64,000 nt of DNA from a virus: positions 1 through 64,000 of the IMG/VR virus record IMGVR_UViG_3300025015_000011. One strand, given 5' to 3'. Shown piece by piece: positions 8,432-17,936 of this stretch. The notes under the pieces were generated by a model. That model had not been told where the DNA came from. It saw only the letters and a list, made by a program, of their open reading frames with translations, and searched no databases. How positions within the stretch are numbered: position 1 is the stretch's first letter; every line of letters starts with the position of its first letter. The position numbers and the translations under genes were made by a program.

Positions 8432-8947
8432 TTAGATTTCAACTGTTGAGAGTTTCTTATACAACTTCATTGTATTATCTGCTTGAGCTCTGGCAACAGG
8501 GTTTCTGCCGCCTTTATACAACATTAAAGCATCTGCTAAATTATTATCAGCTATGACTAACTTTTCCTTTAATATTTTTGCTCCCATCAATATATCAACA
8601 TCTGCCCACTTCATTGTTGCCATTGGAGTCTGCATTAAGCCCTTATACCCAGCTGAAGAAACAGCACTTTTATTAAATGTTGATTCGGTGTAAATTAAAG
8701 CAATTAAAAGGTCACTTGAAATTCCTGTCATTCCTGAAACATTTTTAATTGCTATGCTTAATTCATTTACTTTCTTTGATGGTGCTTTTAAATATAGAAG
8801 TTTTGATTTTATTTCTTCTACTTCTCTTTCTGTATCAATTAAAACTGGGATAAGGTTTTGATTAAAATATTTCTCAATATTCACAACTGTTATGCTACCT
8901 ATGATTATGAAAAAAACAGTTGCTATATTTCTGATGATATTTAACAT
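8432..8947 (-). CDS. Lytic transglycosylase (SLT domain) with N-terminal membrane anchor
   Basis: LIYTES.F...AVSSAGYKGLMQ; ALMLYKGG. Confidence 0.85.
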   Translation of the reverse strand: MLNIIRNIATVFFIIIGSITVVNIEKYFNQNLIPVLIDTEREVEEIKSKLLYLKAPSKKVNELSIAIKNVSGMTGISSDLLIALIYTESTFNKSAVSSAGYKGLMQTPMATMKWADVDILMGAKILKEKLVIADNNLADALMLYKGGRNPVARAQADNTMKLYKKLSTVEI

Positions 8948-8957
8948 TTGAACCTCC

Positions 8958-9248
8958 TTAAAAAATTATTACAAGATATTCCATATCCTTTATACTTATT
9001 GAATATGTCTGTCCTTTTATGAATTTTTCATCTATATTATTTACCTGAATTCCATTTACCTTAACACCAGTTCTTCTAATGAATTTCCTGGCTTCTGCAT
9101 TATCAACAAATTCCCCTAGCTTAACTAGGATGTTTGGTAAATAACCGCCTCTTAAATTAACTTCAACCATATTATCAAATTGAGTAGTAGTTGTCAAATC
9201 ATTTTCAGATTCTTTCTTATCTACTTTTTTACCTTTTTCGATAGCCAT
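8958..9248 (-). CDS. Stand-alone S4-like RNA-binding domain protein
   Basis: LVKLG....AEARKFIRRTGVKVNG, resembling the TyrRS C-terminal S4 domain. Confidence 0.65.
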   Translation of the reverse strand: MAIEKGKKVDKKESENDLTTTTQFDNMVEVNLRGGYLPNILVKLGEFVDNAEARKFIRRTGVKVNGIQVNNIDEKFIKGQTYSISIKDMEYLVIIF

Positions 9249-9260
9249 TATTTTCTCTCC

Positions 9261-10223
9261 TTAATCTCCACATGTGCCACCCTTACCTAATACACAAACA
9301 TCTCCACTTTCAATAAAAATATCACCTTCATGTTTTTTAGCCACAGCATAACTAATTACATTAAGAGGTTGACCTCCACGAGCACCATCAGGATAACAAG
9401 TTATCCCACGGAGATTAGGTAAATATTGCATAAGCATTTTACCATATTTCTGAATTAAACCAGAATTATTTGTTTCACTTCCCCATGCAGGTAAATTAAT
9501 AGTAGAAGAAATTGAATGGTCAACAAAAGACTGAACCCAGGCCTGGAAGGCAACTCTCTTTTCTACATCATATGATAAAGAATATGCATCTTCTATTGAC
9601 TCTGCTTTTATTCCTGATTCTATTAATCTTTTAGCTGTTGGGTCTACTACATATTGAAAATTCCAAACAGTTCCTTTTAAATATCTTCTCTTATAAGCAA
9701 CACAAAATATAGGCTCTATACCAGTAGTTGTTTCCATGACAATACCAGTAGTACCATTTGGAGCCACTGCTCGGCATTTGACAGGAACAGTCAAATCCCA
9801 TTCTTTTGCATATTTTTCAGCATACTTATTATTAGAAGCATAAATTTCTAAATATTCACCTAATTCAAAATCTGGTTCATACTTTTTCCCATGTTTCAAT
9901 AACCATTCATGAAGCCCCATAAGGCCTAAACCAATTCTTCTGTTCTTAGTCCTTATTTGGTCTACTTTAGCATATGGAACATCACTATAAACAGTACCTG
10001 CTAATAAAAATGCAGTAGCTGTTTCTACTACTTTTTCCATTTCTTCAAGACTATTTATCTGAGCCATATTTATAGAGCCCAAATTACATATATCAGAATC
10101 ATCTGCAGAGGTCACTTCAGCGCAATTATGAACTACTATACCATTTCCAACAAAATTATGATTGTCTTCAACTGTAATATCGTATACGGAAAATTCACCA
10201 TCTATTTCTTCTATTTTAAGCAT
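9261..10223 (-). CDS. nrdJ: Class II ribonucleotide reductase, C-terminal fragment carrying split-intein IntC (likely start ATG 10223)
   Basis: IntC VYDITVEDNHNFVGNGIVVHN followed by C-AEV; CNLGSIN, RRIGLG, VAPNGT, DHSISSTINLP, C-terminal Cys pair. Confidence 0.9.
   Translation of the reverse strand: MLKIEEIDGEFSVYDITVEDNHNFVGNGIVVHNCAEVTSADDSDICNLGSINMAQINSLEEMEKVVETATAFLLAGTVYSDVPYAKVDQIRTKNRRIGLGLMGLHEWLLKHGKKYEPDFELGEYLEIYASNNKYAEKYAKEWDLTVPVKCRAVAPNGTTGIVMETTTGIEPIFCVAYKRRYLKGTVWNFQYVVDPTAKRLIESGIKAESIEDAYSLSYDVEKRVAFQAWVQSFVDHSISSTINLPAWGSETNNSGLIQKYGKMLMQYLPNLRGITCYPDGARGGQPLNVISYAVAKKHEGDIFIESGDVCVLGKGGTCGD
10125..10223 (-). mobile_element. Split intein C-half (33 aa)
   Basis: Block F VYDITV and block G HN|C. 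Confidence 0.9.
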
Positions 10224-10224
10224 A

Positions 10225-11301
10225 TCATCTCCTTTTGGAATATAACCTTTCAACTTCTAAAATAACATCTTCTTTTATTTCATTTCCTAAAATATCTAAC
10301 ATAGTATTTGGATGAGGATTAAAACTAAACAAAAATTTAAAATTATTTTCTTTGCAATATGATAGTACATTTTTTAACTTTGTATTGCAGTATTCCTCTA
10401 ATGTTGTTCGATAAAATACACCCTTTGTTTCTAAAATATATTTACTGTTATTATATTCAAAAACAAAATCTGGTGTGTAAAACCCACCTTCTTTTGGAAT
10501 ATTTAAAATTTCATAATCCCAAAAAATTTCATTTTTTTCAAAAAAATTTATATAATTACTCTCATAACTTGACTTAACTACTATCATAGTTAAATTTCTC
10601 ATATTATATTTTAATCCACTTATTGTTTGCCGCTTAAAAAAACTCGAGCAGCCCATTGTTGGATTTTCAGAAATAGCCAAAACAGATATAATTGAATTTC
10701 TCAATTTTATAAATGTATCGATTTTTTCTTCATCTAATATTTGTATTTGCTCTTCTGTTAATTCATTTAATATTGACTCTTTAAAAATCTTTAATTTATT
10801 GTATTTATTATTCTTTATAAACCTTTGTAAACTTTTACGTTTTGATTTTAGTGATTTTAAAACATCACTTTTAAGTTTACTATGCAATACCATGATTTCT
10901 TCTTCACATAAGTCATTTACACGATAGCCATTATTTTCGAGTCGTTTCTTTTTAAATGTTACTGTATTTATCTCAGAATTAAAAATATTTCTAAATTTTT
11001 CATACTTGCCCTCTTTAAAGGCATTGAACATCCATTCTGAGTGCCCTGGTCTTTTCTTCCCTTTTTGAGTAGAGTGTTGACAATATCTAGAACAAAAGAC
11101 CCAACCATCTTTGATATTTCTTTCATTTTTTTTACATCTTGGACATAACAAATCATTGATTGTTTTTATATTATTTTTTAAACAATAATATATACCTTTT
11201 GGAAAATCATTAAATTCTTTTTTAATTCTTTCCAGAAGTTCATTTTCTAATGATTTTATATATTCATCAATATTTTTTCTTATTTCTCTTAATTTAATCA
11301 T
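10225..11301 (-). CDS. Free-standing PD-(D/E)XK endonuclease between the split nrdJ halves (likely start ATG 11301)
   Basis: KSSYE...WDYE...YTPDF...LETKG; N-terminal CPRC and FCSRYC. Confidence 0.8.
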   Translation of the reverse strand: MIKLREIRKNIDEYIKSLENELLERIKKEFNDFPKGIYYCLKNNIKTINDLLCPRCKKNERNIKDGWVFCSRYCQHSTQKGKKRPGHSEWMFNAFKEGKYEKFRNIFNSEINTVTFKKKRLENNGYRVNDLCEEEIMVLHSKLKSDVLKSLKSKRKSLQRFIKNNKYNKLKIFKESILNELTEEQIQILDEEKIDTFIKLRNSIISVLAISENPTMGCSSFFKRQTISGLKYNMRNLTMIVVKSSYESNYINFFEKNEIFWDYEILNIPKEGGFYTPDFVFEYNNSKYILETKGVFYRTTLEEYCNTKLKNVLSYCKENNFKFLFSFNPHPNTMLDILGNEIKEDVILEVERLYSKRR

Positions 11302-11305
11302 AATA

Positions 11306-11345
11306 CCTCCACAAATATTTATAATTTCAGTAATATTTGTGGAGG
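11306..11345 (-). promoter_or_regulatory. Late promoter inside a 14-bp hairpin that occludes the RBS
   Basis: CCTCCACAAATATT...AATATTTGTGGAGG with TATAAATA at 11323-11316. Confidence 0.85.
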
Positions 11346-11365
11346 CCATCACATGAATTACAAAA

Positions 11366-12478
11366 CTAATCTAAAATCAATTCATCAATCTCCTTCAATT
11401 CATCTGCTCTAATATAACCTCGTTTTGTTAAAATTAGATGGTCTGCTGTGCATTTTATAATTCTTTTTGTTTTTTCGTCTGTAATTTTAAGCACTTTTGT
11501 GTTTTCTTTTGTTAAATCTGCCCAACTAACATTTTTATATTCAAACACTTCTTTTTGTTCATTAAAGCTTTTTATTAAAATATCACAATTAAAATCCTTT
11601 TTTAAAGATATCAAAGACTCAACATCTATTTTTTGCTCTTCCCCATCAACTATAACCGATACTATAGTATCCCCAGTAACACATGCATTGCGAAGAGTCT
11701 CACCTGTGTTTTTGCCTGTATCAATTGAAAATCCAGGTTCACCAGTCTTCATCATATTTTCAATTATTGCCCAATAAACAACATGAGCATGAGAATGTAA
11801 AGTATGCTTTTCATCATTATATGCTTTAAAAAATAAATCATCTAACTGAACTGAAATATTAGTCATATCAAGAGGTGCAGGAAAATTAAAATCTTTAGCC
11901 TTTAAATCCTTCACATCTTTTGACCAATCTTTAATATAAATAAACTTCATTATATCAGAATGATTCCAATTTAGGCCTGCCCAGATAGCGCTTCGTCGAG
12001 CACCACCTTGCATAATTTCCCTGCCAGCTTCATTAACCATCTTCATTAAAGCAATAGGACCTGTGGATGTTCCGCCAGTCTTACGAATTATTTTTCCTTC
12101 GCCTCGAAGAGCAGAATAATCTATACCAATACCAGCTCCTGTCATAAGAGCCATGGTAGCTTTATTCATTATTTCAGCCCAACTTTCACGAGAATCTTCT
12201 GCTCTTAATAGAAGACAATTTTGAACTTGGTGAAAGGGCCTGCCTGCGGCATATAAATATCTTCCACCTGGGCAAAACTTTTTCTCTCTGATATATTTCT
12301 CTACTTCTTGAACAAGTGACTTTTTCGCTTTAACTGATTTAAAAACTTCCTTGGATACTCGATGTGACATTTCTGACCAAGATTCTTTTGTACCATCTTC
12401 TTTTTCATGTGCATATTTCTGTTTAAAAATTGTTTCTGCAAATACAGAATTAAATTCTGATGCTGAATTTTGAAACAT
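11366..12478 (-). CDS. nrdJ: Class II ribonucleotide reductase, N-terminal fragment carrying split-intein IntN
   Basis: PGGRYL, QNC, GAGIG.DYS.LR, QGGARRSA, TNISV, GEPG, RNA|C. Confidence 0.9.
   Translation of the reverse strand: MFQNSASEFNSVFAETIFKQKYAHEKEDGTKESWSEMSHRVSKEVFKSVKAKKSLVQEVEKYIREKKFCPGGRYLYAAGRPFHQVQNCLLLRAEDSRESWAEIMNKATMALMTGAGIGIDYSALRGEGKIIRKTGGTSTGPIALMKMVNEAGREIMQGGARRSAIWAGLNWNHSDIMKFIYIKDWSKDVKDLKAKDFNFPAPLDMTNISVQLDDLFFKAYNDEKHTLHSHAHVVYWAIIENMMKTGEPGFSIDTGKNTGETLRNACVTGDTIVSVIVDGEEQKIDVESLISLKKDFNCDILIKSFNEQKEVFEYKNVSWADLTKENTKVLKITDEKTKRIIKCTADHLILTKRGYIRADELKEIDELILD
11369..11683 (-). mobile_element. Split intein N-half (105 aa)
   Basis: Block A CVTGDT and block B CTADHLILT..GY..A.EL; ORF stops right after. 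Confidence 0.9.
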
Positions 12479-12490
12479 TATATATTAATA

Positions 12491-12826
12491 TTATTCTCCC
12501 CATTTTTTAGCACTAAGTAAAACAAAATCTACATCAGGATTTAAAAAACCTAAACTATGAATAACATCAAATATATTAAGACTTAAAGAATTTAAAATAT
12601 TAACTTCATCTGAGGATATTTCAATATGAGCAATATCCATATAAGTATTAAATATTATATACTTTAAAAGTTGTTTCTTTTGTTCTTCTAAAGTTGAACT
12701 TTCATCAATGTATAAAATGCCTTGGTCGTCAAAACTGACTATACCATTTTTATTTGATAACCGTATACTCCATTCTTCACCATTTATATTAACCGAGGTT
12801 GGAAGATGCATCCATGTTCTCCTCAT
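12491..12826 (-). CDS. Hypothetical protein, possibly a degenerate metallopeptidase-like fold
   Basis: Layout resembles phage HExxH proteins but HExxH is absent. Confidence 0.5.
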   Translation of the reverse strand: MRRTWMHLPTSVNINGEEWSIRLSNKNGIVSFDDQGILYIDESSTLEEQKKQLLKYIIFNTYMDIAHIEISSDEVNILNSLSLNIFDVIHSLGFLNPDVDFVLLSAKKWGE

Positions 12827-13067
12827 TTAATTTATCCATTAACGCATTAACTTTACACTCAACATGATAATGAACAGTCCTGCCATGTAATGGACCTAAT
12901 ACCATCTTCCCATCAATCATTTCTTTTTCTAACTTTAGCTTTAACTTCTTACCATTTAAATCTCTCTCAACCTTTAAAGTACCGCCATGCTGTCTACAAT
13001 AGTGACATATTGTTAGATGATACCCACCTGCCGCTCTTCTTTCCTTACTTGTCATTCTTTCGTACAT
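12789..13067 (-). CDS. Hypothetical protein (CxxC/HxxC)
   Basis: RBS AGGAG. Confidence 0.65.
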   Translation of the reverse strand: MYERMTSKERRAAGGYHLTICHYCRQHGGTLKVERDLNGKKLKLKLEKEMIDGKMVLGPLHGRTVHYHVECKVNALMDKLNEENMDASSNLG

Positions 13068-13082
13068 GTTACAATCTCCTTT

Positions 13083-13979
13083 TTAGAATAAATCTGTCAT
13101 TGAATTTTTAGTACTGTTTAACCTATTGAAGTGTGGCATATATTGTTGTATTCTTGTTGATAAATCTCTTAACCCATGTTTCACAAACCACCTTAAATAA
13201 TCAACTGGCCCTTTTGGTAACTCATAATTTGAATATTGTTTTATTATTTCTTTCTGTAAAGTTACAGGAATATGACTGAAAGCAATTAATTTTTGATTTC
13301 TTTCATACCTATTCTTAAAGTCTTCTTCAAGCAATCTTTCTTCAAGCTTACCAGTTTCAATTAATTTGATTGCTGTTTTTTCTTTTTTACCTAAAGTATC
13401 AGCAAAAACATCAGGAACATTATCACCTTTATCACCACAAAGAACTTTAACTTTCAATGATTTCAATGGGTCAGAATCTACAAACCATTTCCTTCTAATT
13501 GGGTCCCAAACCCTATTTTGTTTATATTGAAGAAGCTGAGCATAATCTCCATCTGAAGTAACGATAATATTCTCTGAACCGGTAAAGTCCCTTGATAATA
13601 TAGCAATTACATCATCTGCTTCACAATATGGGATTTGTAGAATTTTGAAAGGAAAAGTATTTTTGATTTCACTTGTAAACTCATTTATATATGAATAATA
13701 CTTTGCCCAATCGAAAGTTGATGCTTCTCTCACCAACTTTCGATTGGCTTTATAATCAGGATAAATTTGCTTCCTCCAGTTCCTTTGGTCGTCTACTGCT
13801 AAAATGACCTCATCTGGATGAAACTGTTTGAAATTGGCGAATAAAGTATTTAAAAGGGTATGCTTATGACCTCTTAACTTATCATCCAATTCATGAGCAG
13901 GAATATCATCAGGACCTTGTCCAACAAGGAGCGTCCTTATGCAGATATTGTTAAAATCGATTAATAGTTTTTTCTTCAT
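13083..13979 (-). CDS. rnh: T4-type RNase H / 5'-3' exonuclease
   Basis: LIDFNN, WRK.IYP.YKANR, EADD, SDGDY.QL, GDKGDNVP. Confidence 0.93.
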   Translation of the reverse strand: MKKKLLIDFNNICIRTLLVGQGPDDIPAHELDDKLRGHKHTLLNTLFANFKQFHPDEVILAVDDQRNWRKQIYPDYKANRKLVREASTFDWAKYYSYINEFTSEIKNTFPFKILQIPYCEADDVIAILSRDFTGSENIIVTSDGDYAQLLQYKQNRVWDPIRRKWFVDSDPLKSLKVKVLCGDKGDNVPDVFADTLGKKEKTAIKLIETGKLEERLLEEDFKNRYERNQKLIAFSHIPVTLQKEIIKQYSNYELPKGPVDYLRWFVKHGLRDLSTRIQQYMPHFNRLNSTKNSMTDLF

Positions 13980-14033
13980 AGTTACATGATAACAAATTTC
14001 CTTTCTTTTGTAAAGAAAAATATTAGTTACTTT

Positions 14034-14041
14034 TATAAATA
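14034..14041 (+). promoter_or_regulatory. T4-type late promoter
   Basis: TATAAATA. Confidence 0.7.
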
Positions 14042-14049
14042 TTTATAAG

Positions 14050-14119
14050 AAGAGGTTAGCATTAAAGCTCAGAACTTTAATGCAATTCAGCAGGAGATTT
14101 TCGCTGAACTGTCCCTCTT
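14050..14119 (+). ncRNA. Putative three-way-junction 5' leader RNA
   Basis: AAGAGG/CCTCTT closing GCATTAAAG/CTTTAATGC and TTCAGC/GCTGAA. Confidence 0.55.
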
Positions 14120-14144
14120 AATAATATTTATAAAGGAGATTTAT

Positions 14145-14867
14145 ATGTCAAAACAATGCCCTTCCTCGAAACCAATCTTTTATGCTTACATCTATTTAAA
14201 TCCATTAAAACCTGGAAAATTTACTTATGGAGATTTTCTATCCTTTGAGTATGAACCATTTTATGTTGGAAAAGGTAGTGGTAATAGAATGTATAAACAC
14301 TTATATGAAACTTTAGCTAATACCGAAAATACCCATAAATTCTACACTATACAGAAGATTAAACAAAATGGGTTTGAACCAATAATTGTCAAGTTGAATT
14401 TTAATTTAAAAGAATGTAAAGCCCACACTTTTGAGAAGTTCTATATCAAGCTAATAGGTAGAAGAGATAAAGGTTTAGGACCTTTATCTAATCATACTGA
14501 TGGCGGAGAAGGAAGTTCTGGTCATATTGTTACAAAAGAAGAACGAAAAGCCAGAAGTGAACGAATGACAGGTAATAATAGTCCAACTAAGAGGCCTGAA
14601 GTTAGAAAGAAATTATGTGATTCAAAGAAAGGTGAAAAACATCCTATGTATGGTAAAAAAAGACCAGAACACAGTGAAAGGATGTGTGGTGAGAATAATC
14701 CTAATTTTGGTAAAAGAGGGTCTGAAAGTTCTAATTCTAAAAAAGTAATGGTTAATGGTAATGTGTATGGATGTTTTAAAGACGCTATTATAGCTGAGCA
14801 AATATCTGTATATTTCATTAATAAATATATTAAAGAAGAAAAAGATGGCTTTAAATACATCTTTTGA
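14145..14867 (+). CDS. GIY-YIG homing endonuclease with NUMOD3-like repeats
   Basis: YAYIY..FYVGKG...R...H; NHTDGGEG; HPMYGK and NPNFGK. Confidence 0.88.
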   Translation: MSKQCPSSKPIFYAYIYLNPLKPGKFTYGDFLSFEYEPFYVGKGSGNRMYKHLYETLANTENTHKFYTIQKIKQNGFEPIIVKLNFNLKECKAHTFEKFYIKLIGRRDKGLGPLSNHTDGGEGSSGHIVTKEERKARSERMTGNNSPTKRPEVRKKLCDSKKGEKHPMYGKKRPEHSERMCGENNPNFGKRGSESSNSKKVMVNGNVYGCFKDAIIAEQISVYFINKYIKEEKDGFKYIF

Positions 14868-14890
14868 GATTTTAATCTCAATTATCTTCT

Positions 14891-15076
14891 TTACTTTTTC
14901 TTTATTTCTGAAGGAAGAACTTTGATTCTTTTTGTTTCATCCTTTGAAACAATCTCAATCATATTATTTTCCTTGTGAGAAACATACCATTCATTTCCTT
15001 CATAATCAACAAGTTCACCTTCTGTAAAATCATTCTTTTCCTCAAGTAGTAAAGAGATTTTATTAAGGATATCCAT
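14891..15076 (-). CDS. Putative head-internal protein
   Basis: Leader MDILNKISLLLEE. Confidence 0.7.
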   Translation of the reverse strand: MDILNKISLLLEEKNDFTEGELVDYEGNEWYVSHKENNMIEIVSKDETKRIKVLPSEIKKK

Positions 15077-15077
15077 A

Positions 15078-15821
15078 TTAACTCCTTATTAGTGTTTTTA
15101 ATCTTTCATGTGCTGCTTCAAATTCATTTGCTTTTGATTCTGCAAATTTACCAAATTTCTTTAAAGAATTAAATGCTGATTTGACACTATTCCACATCTT
15201 CTTAACTTTGAGTGTCATATGCTCAACAAATCCTTCTGTTACATCCTTAGATGCTTTGGGGAAGGAGAAAAGATTTCTCATCTTAATCACAGTAGAAATA
15301 GCATCATTATACTTATCTATTTCTTTCTTTGCTTCTTCAACTACATCTTCTGTTATCTTGCCCATTTCTAAAAGAGTTTCTAATATCTGAGTAGGGGTTT
15401 TATCTTTTACCTTTTCACTTGTTTTTGCAATTCTAACTTCTTTTTCTTGAATAGTAACTAAAACTTCTTTTTCGTCTGTTTTAAAAGCATATGCTTTATT
15501 TATTACCAAGCCCATCTTATCAAAAGCATTAGATGCCATTTGAAGATAACCATCAAGTTCTACTGCAATCTTAGCCTTTTCTTCTGCAAGGTCATTTTTT
15601 AAGGCTGTCAATTCAGACTGCTTCTCAAGTTGAGCATCTTTAATTCCTCTAAACTCTTCAGTTCTATTCCATATTTTGGTTATAGCTTCCTTAGCCTGAC
15701 CTGATATAGAAGGAATTACTTTATCCTTCTTAACACCTGTTGGTGCTTTACCTTCAGGAGAGAACTCAAATTTTTCTGCTTCTTCAAGGTAAGAATCAAT
15801 TTTATTAACTATCTTTGCCAT
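15078..15821 (-). CDS. Putative head-internal coiled-coil protein
   Basis: Leader KIVNKIDSYLEE; internal VTEG. Confidence 0.7.
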   Translation of the reverse strand: MAKIVNKIDSYLEEAEKFEFSPEGKAPTGVKKDKVIPSISGQAKEAITKIWNRTEEFRGIKDAQLEKQSELTALKNDLAEEKAKIAVELDGYLQMASNAFDKMGLVINKAYAFKTDEKEVLVTIQEKEVRIAKTSEKVKDKTPTQILETLLEMGKITEDVVEEAKKEIDKYNDAISTVIKMRNLFSFPKASKDVTEGFVEHMTLKVKKMWNSVKSAFNSLKKFGKFAESKANEFEAAHERLKTLIRS

Positions 15822-17000
15822 TTATTTTCCTTTTCCGTATAATAATTGAACTATTGTATTAAATTTAATAATATCTATATTTTTATAAATTGCTCTTCTT
15901 GAAGAAGTTTGCTTTCTAAATCCCATCAATAATATAATATATAATTGTTTATTTTTCCAAGAATTACTTATATGGCCCCAAATTCTTGGTTTAATATATT
16001 TCTCACCTAATTCAGAATCTGGTCTTTCTAATTCTTGATATTGATTTAAAATATTTATGATGTCTTTGTTATTATTCATCAATAATAAAAACAGCTTATC
16101 TATTAAAAATAGATATTGGTCAACAGAATTCAATCCCTTCAAATCTAAACTATATGTATTCTTTAAATTACCAGCTAATGATTCTACCTCAGGATATACA
16201 ACTTCAAATAATTCTCTTTTAAATTGTTGTTCAACATCTTTATTCTTATCCCACTTTTCTTTATTTGTTTTAGAAAATACAGGGTCAACTATCTTAACCA
16301 ATGGAACTTGTTCTAATTGAGTGTAAAGAACTACTCCTTCAATTTGAGTTCCTTTATAATCAGGATTTAAAATGTTTAAAAGATACTGAGTGAAATTATT
16401 AGATTTGAATTGCTCTAATCTTTCTTCATCAGACATTCTAAGAAATTCAGTTATTTTGTCAACTTTATCAGCATCTAACACACCAACATATATTATTGGT
16501 TGTCTTTCAGCTTCAAAATAATCAGCCCATTTCCATAATTCTTTGTAACTTACAGAAGTATGAAGTTTGCCTTTGATATTTGCAAAATAAACAACCCAAT
16601 TACCTTTGGGAGCTTCTGCATATTGAACTACATTCTCCTGGGCTTCCCCAAAAAATTCACCTGAGATTTCTGAGCCATTTGATAATTCAGAAAAGTTATT
16701 TGTTTTCTTTCTTAGAACGTCAAGTCTTTCAATCAATTTATCCCAAGAACCATTTACAATTCTCATTATCTTATCAATGGGTTGATTCTTAGACCAATAT
16801 TCTATTTTACCCTCTGCTGTTTTGACAACAGAAAATTTCTTACCATCCTGCTTCTCAACAATCACAACTGGTTGTTTGAATATTTCTTCTATTAATTCAG
16901 GACTTTCATTGTAGATAGTTTTTAAGTGAGGAATGAAAGTAATTGCATTGGATAGTAATTTAGAACCTTTAAGATTTTTTGTAAAGGTTTTAAAGTCCAT
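15822..17000 (-). CDS. ATP-dependent ligase-fold nucleotidyltransferase of unknown substrate
   Basis: Motif I EKQDG, III GEFF, IV EGVV, V VKIV. Confidence 0.7.
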   Translation of the reverse strand: MDFKTFTKNLKGSKLLSNAITFIPHLKTIYNESPELIEEIFKQPVVIVEKQDGKKFSVVKTAEGKIEYWSKNQPIDKIMRIVNGSWDKLIERLDVLRKKTNNFSELSNGSEISGEFFGEAQENVVQYAEAPKGNWVVYFANIKGKLHTSVSYKELWKWADYFEAERQPIIYVGVLDADKVDKITEFLRMSDEERLEQFKSNNFTQYLLNILNPDYKGTQIEGVVLYTQLEQVPLVKIVDPVFSKTNKEKWDKNKDVEQQFKRELFEVVYPEVESLAGNLKNTYSLDLKGLNSVDQYLFLIDKLFLLLMNNNKDIINILNQYQELERPDSELGEKYIKPRIWGHISNSWKNKQLYIILLMGFRKQTSSRRAIYKNIDIIKFNTIVQLLYGKGK

Positions 17001-17122
17001 TACTTCTTCTCTTCTTTTACTATTTCCTTCTTTTTCTTCTTACTAAATATCCTATCCCAACCATCTTTATACTCTTTTGTGGTTGGCATCTGCTTACATG
17101 GAAAAAGTTCTTCGGCGCTCAT
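17000..17122 (-). CDS. Small basic protein, 40 aa (not in ORF track)
   Basis: RBS AAGGAG; Y..GWDRIF.KK; TAATG coupling to the ligase-fold gene. Confidence 0.55.
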   Translation of the reverse strand: MSAEELFPCKQMPTTKEYKDGWDRIFSKKKKKEIVKEEKK

Positions 17123-17132
17123 TTACTCTCCT

Positions 17133-17852
17133 TTAATTTAAAATGTTACATACATTTGGTAAATCATTTGTTACTGTTATTCTTCTACCCCAAGCACCTT
17201 TTGATGGAGACTTACTGAATATATAAGGAAATCCATTTTCATCTTTTTCATTTGGTAAAAAATGAACATCTTTTCTTCTTTTTCTCAATCTAAAATAAAA
17301 TGAACATTGATTTGAATAAGTATCTATTGGAATGAAATTACCATTGAATATTAAAGTATTATCAGAAAATTCATGAGAAACATCCATTGGACCCACATAC
17401 ATATAATCTATGGGTCCACCAAGACCTTCATTACCAATCATTATTTTTTGAATATATCTTTTATTTATCTTATAAAAGGTATCAGGTAAACCATAATCAC
17501 CTTTTTTAAATCCTTTTGTTTGATACCAACTATCAGCTTCATTTAAAAAAGAACTAACTAATTTAGGCTGAAGTTTTGATAGACCAAACAGACCACCACC
17601 ACCAAGTGTGGGAGCTTCTTCGCCTTTTGCTGATATATTATATTTTTTATTTTTTGTTAATAATTGAATATCAGTGAGTGGCTCTTTATTATCTACTGTT
17701 AATTTTGTATATTTCTCAGCTCCAATAATCTTTTTTATTAAACAAAACTTACCTTTAATAGATATTGGATTATGAAGCGAAGCATAATCTTTTATGATTG
17801 AAATTATGCTTCGCTCTTGGCGCTCAGATTTCTCTTTTTTACTTAACCCCAA
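17133..17852 (-). CDS. PD-(D/E)XK restriction-endonuclease-like protein
   Basis: PLTDI...NISAK; own TTGTAA/TATAAT promoter near 17907-17933. Confidence 0.6.
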   Translation of the reverse strand: MGLSKKEKSERQERSIISIIKDYASLHNPISIKGKFCLIKKIIGAEKYTKLTVDNKEPLTDIQLLTKNKKYNISAKGEEAPTLGGGGLFGLSKLQPKLVSSFLNEADSWYQTKGFKKGDYGLPDTFYKINKRYIQKIMIGNEGLGGPIDYMYVGPMDVSHEFSDNTLIFNGNFIPIDTYSNQCSFYFRLRKRRKDVHFLPNEKDENGFPYIFSKSPSKGAWGRRITVTNDLPNVCNILN

Positions 17853-17936
17853 AATTAGAACATATTATCTCCAGAAAATCTTGACCCTTTTATTTCAATA
17901 TTATCATTATATAGAATTTTAAAACTATTACAAGGA

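Noticed and set aside
8227-8947. Holin-endolysin lysis cassette
   Set aside because: A TM-anchored SLT with a small TM neighbour is suggestive, but it sits in the nrdJ transcription unit with no late promoter or spanins visible
10225-11365. Group I intron interrupting nrdJ
   Set aside because: Each half has intein motifs, its own stop or RBS, and there is almost no non-coding space; protein trans-splicing explains it
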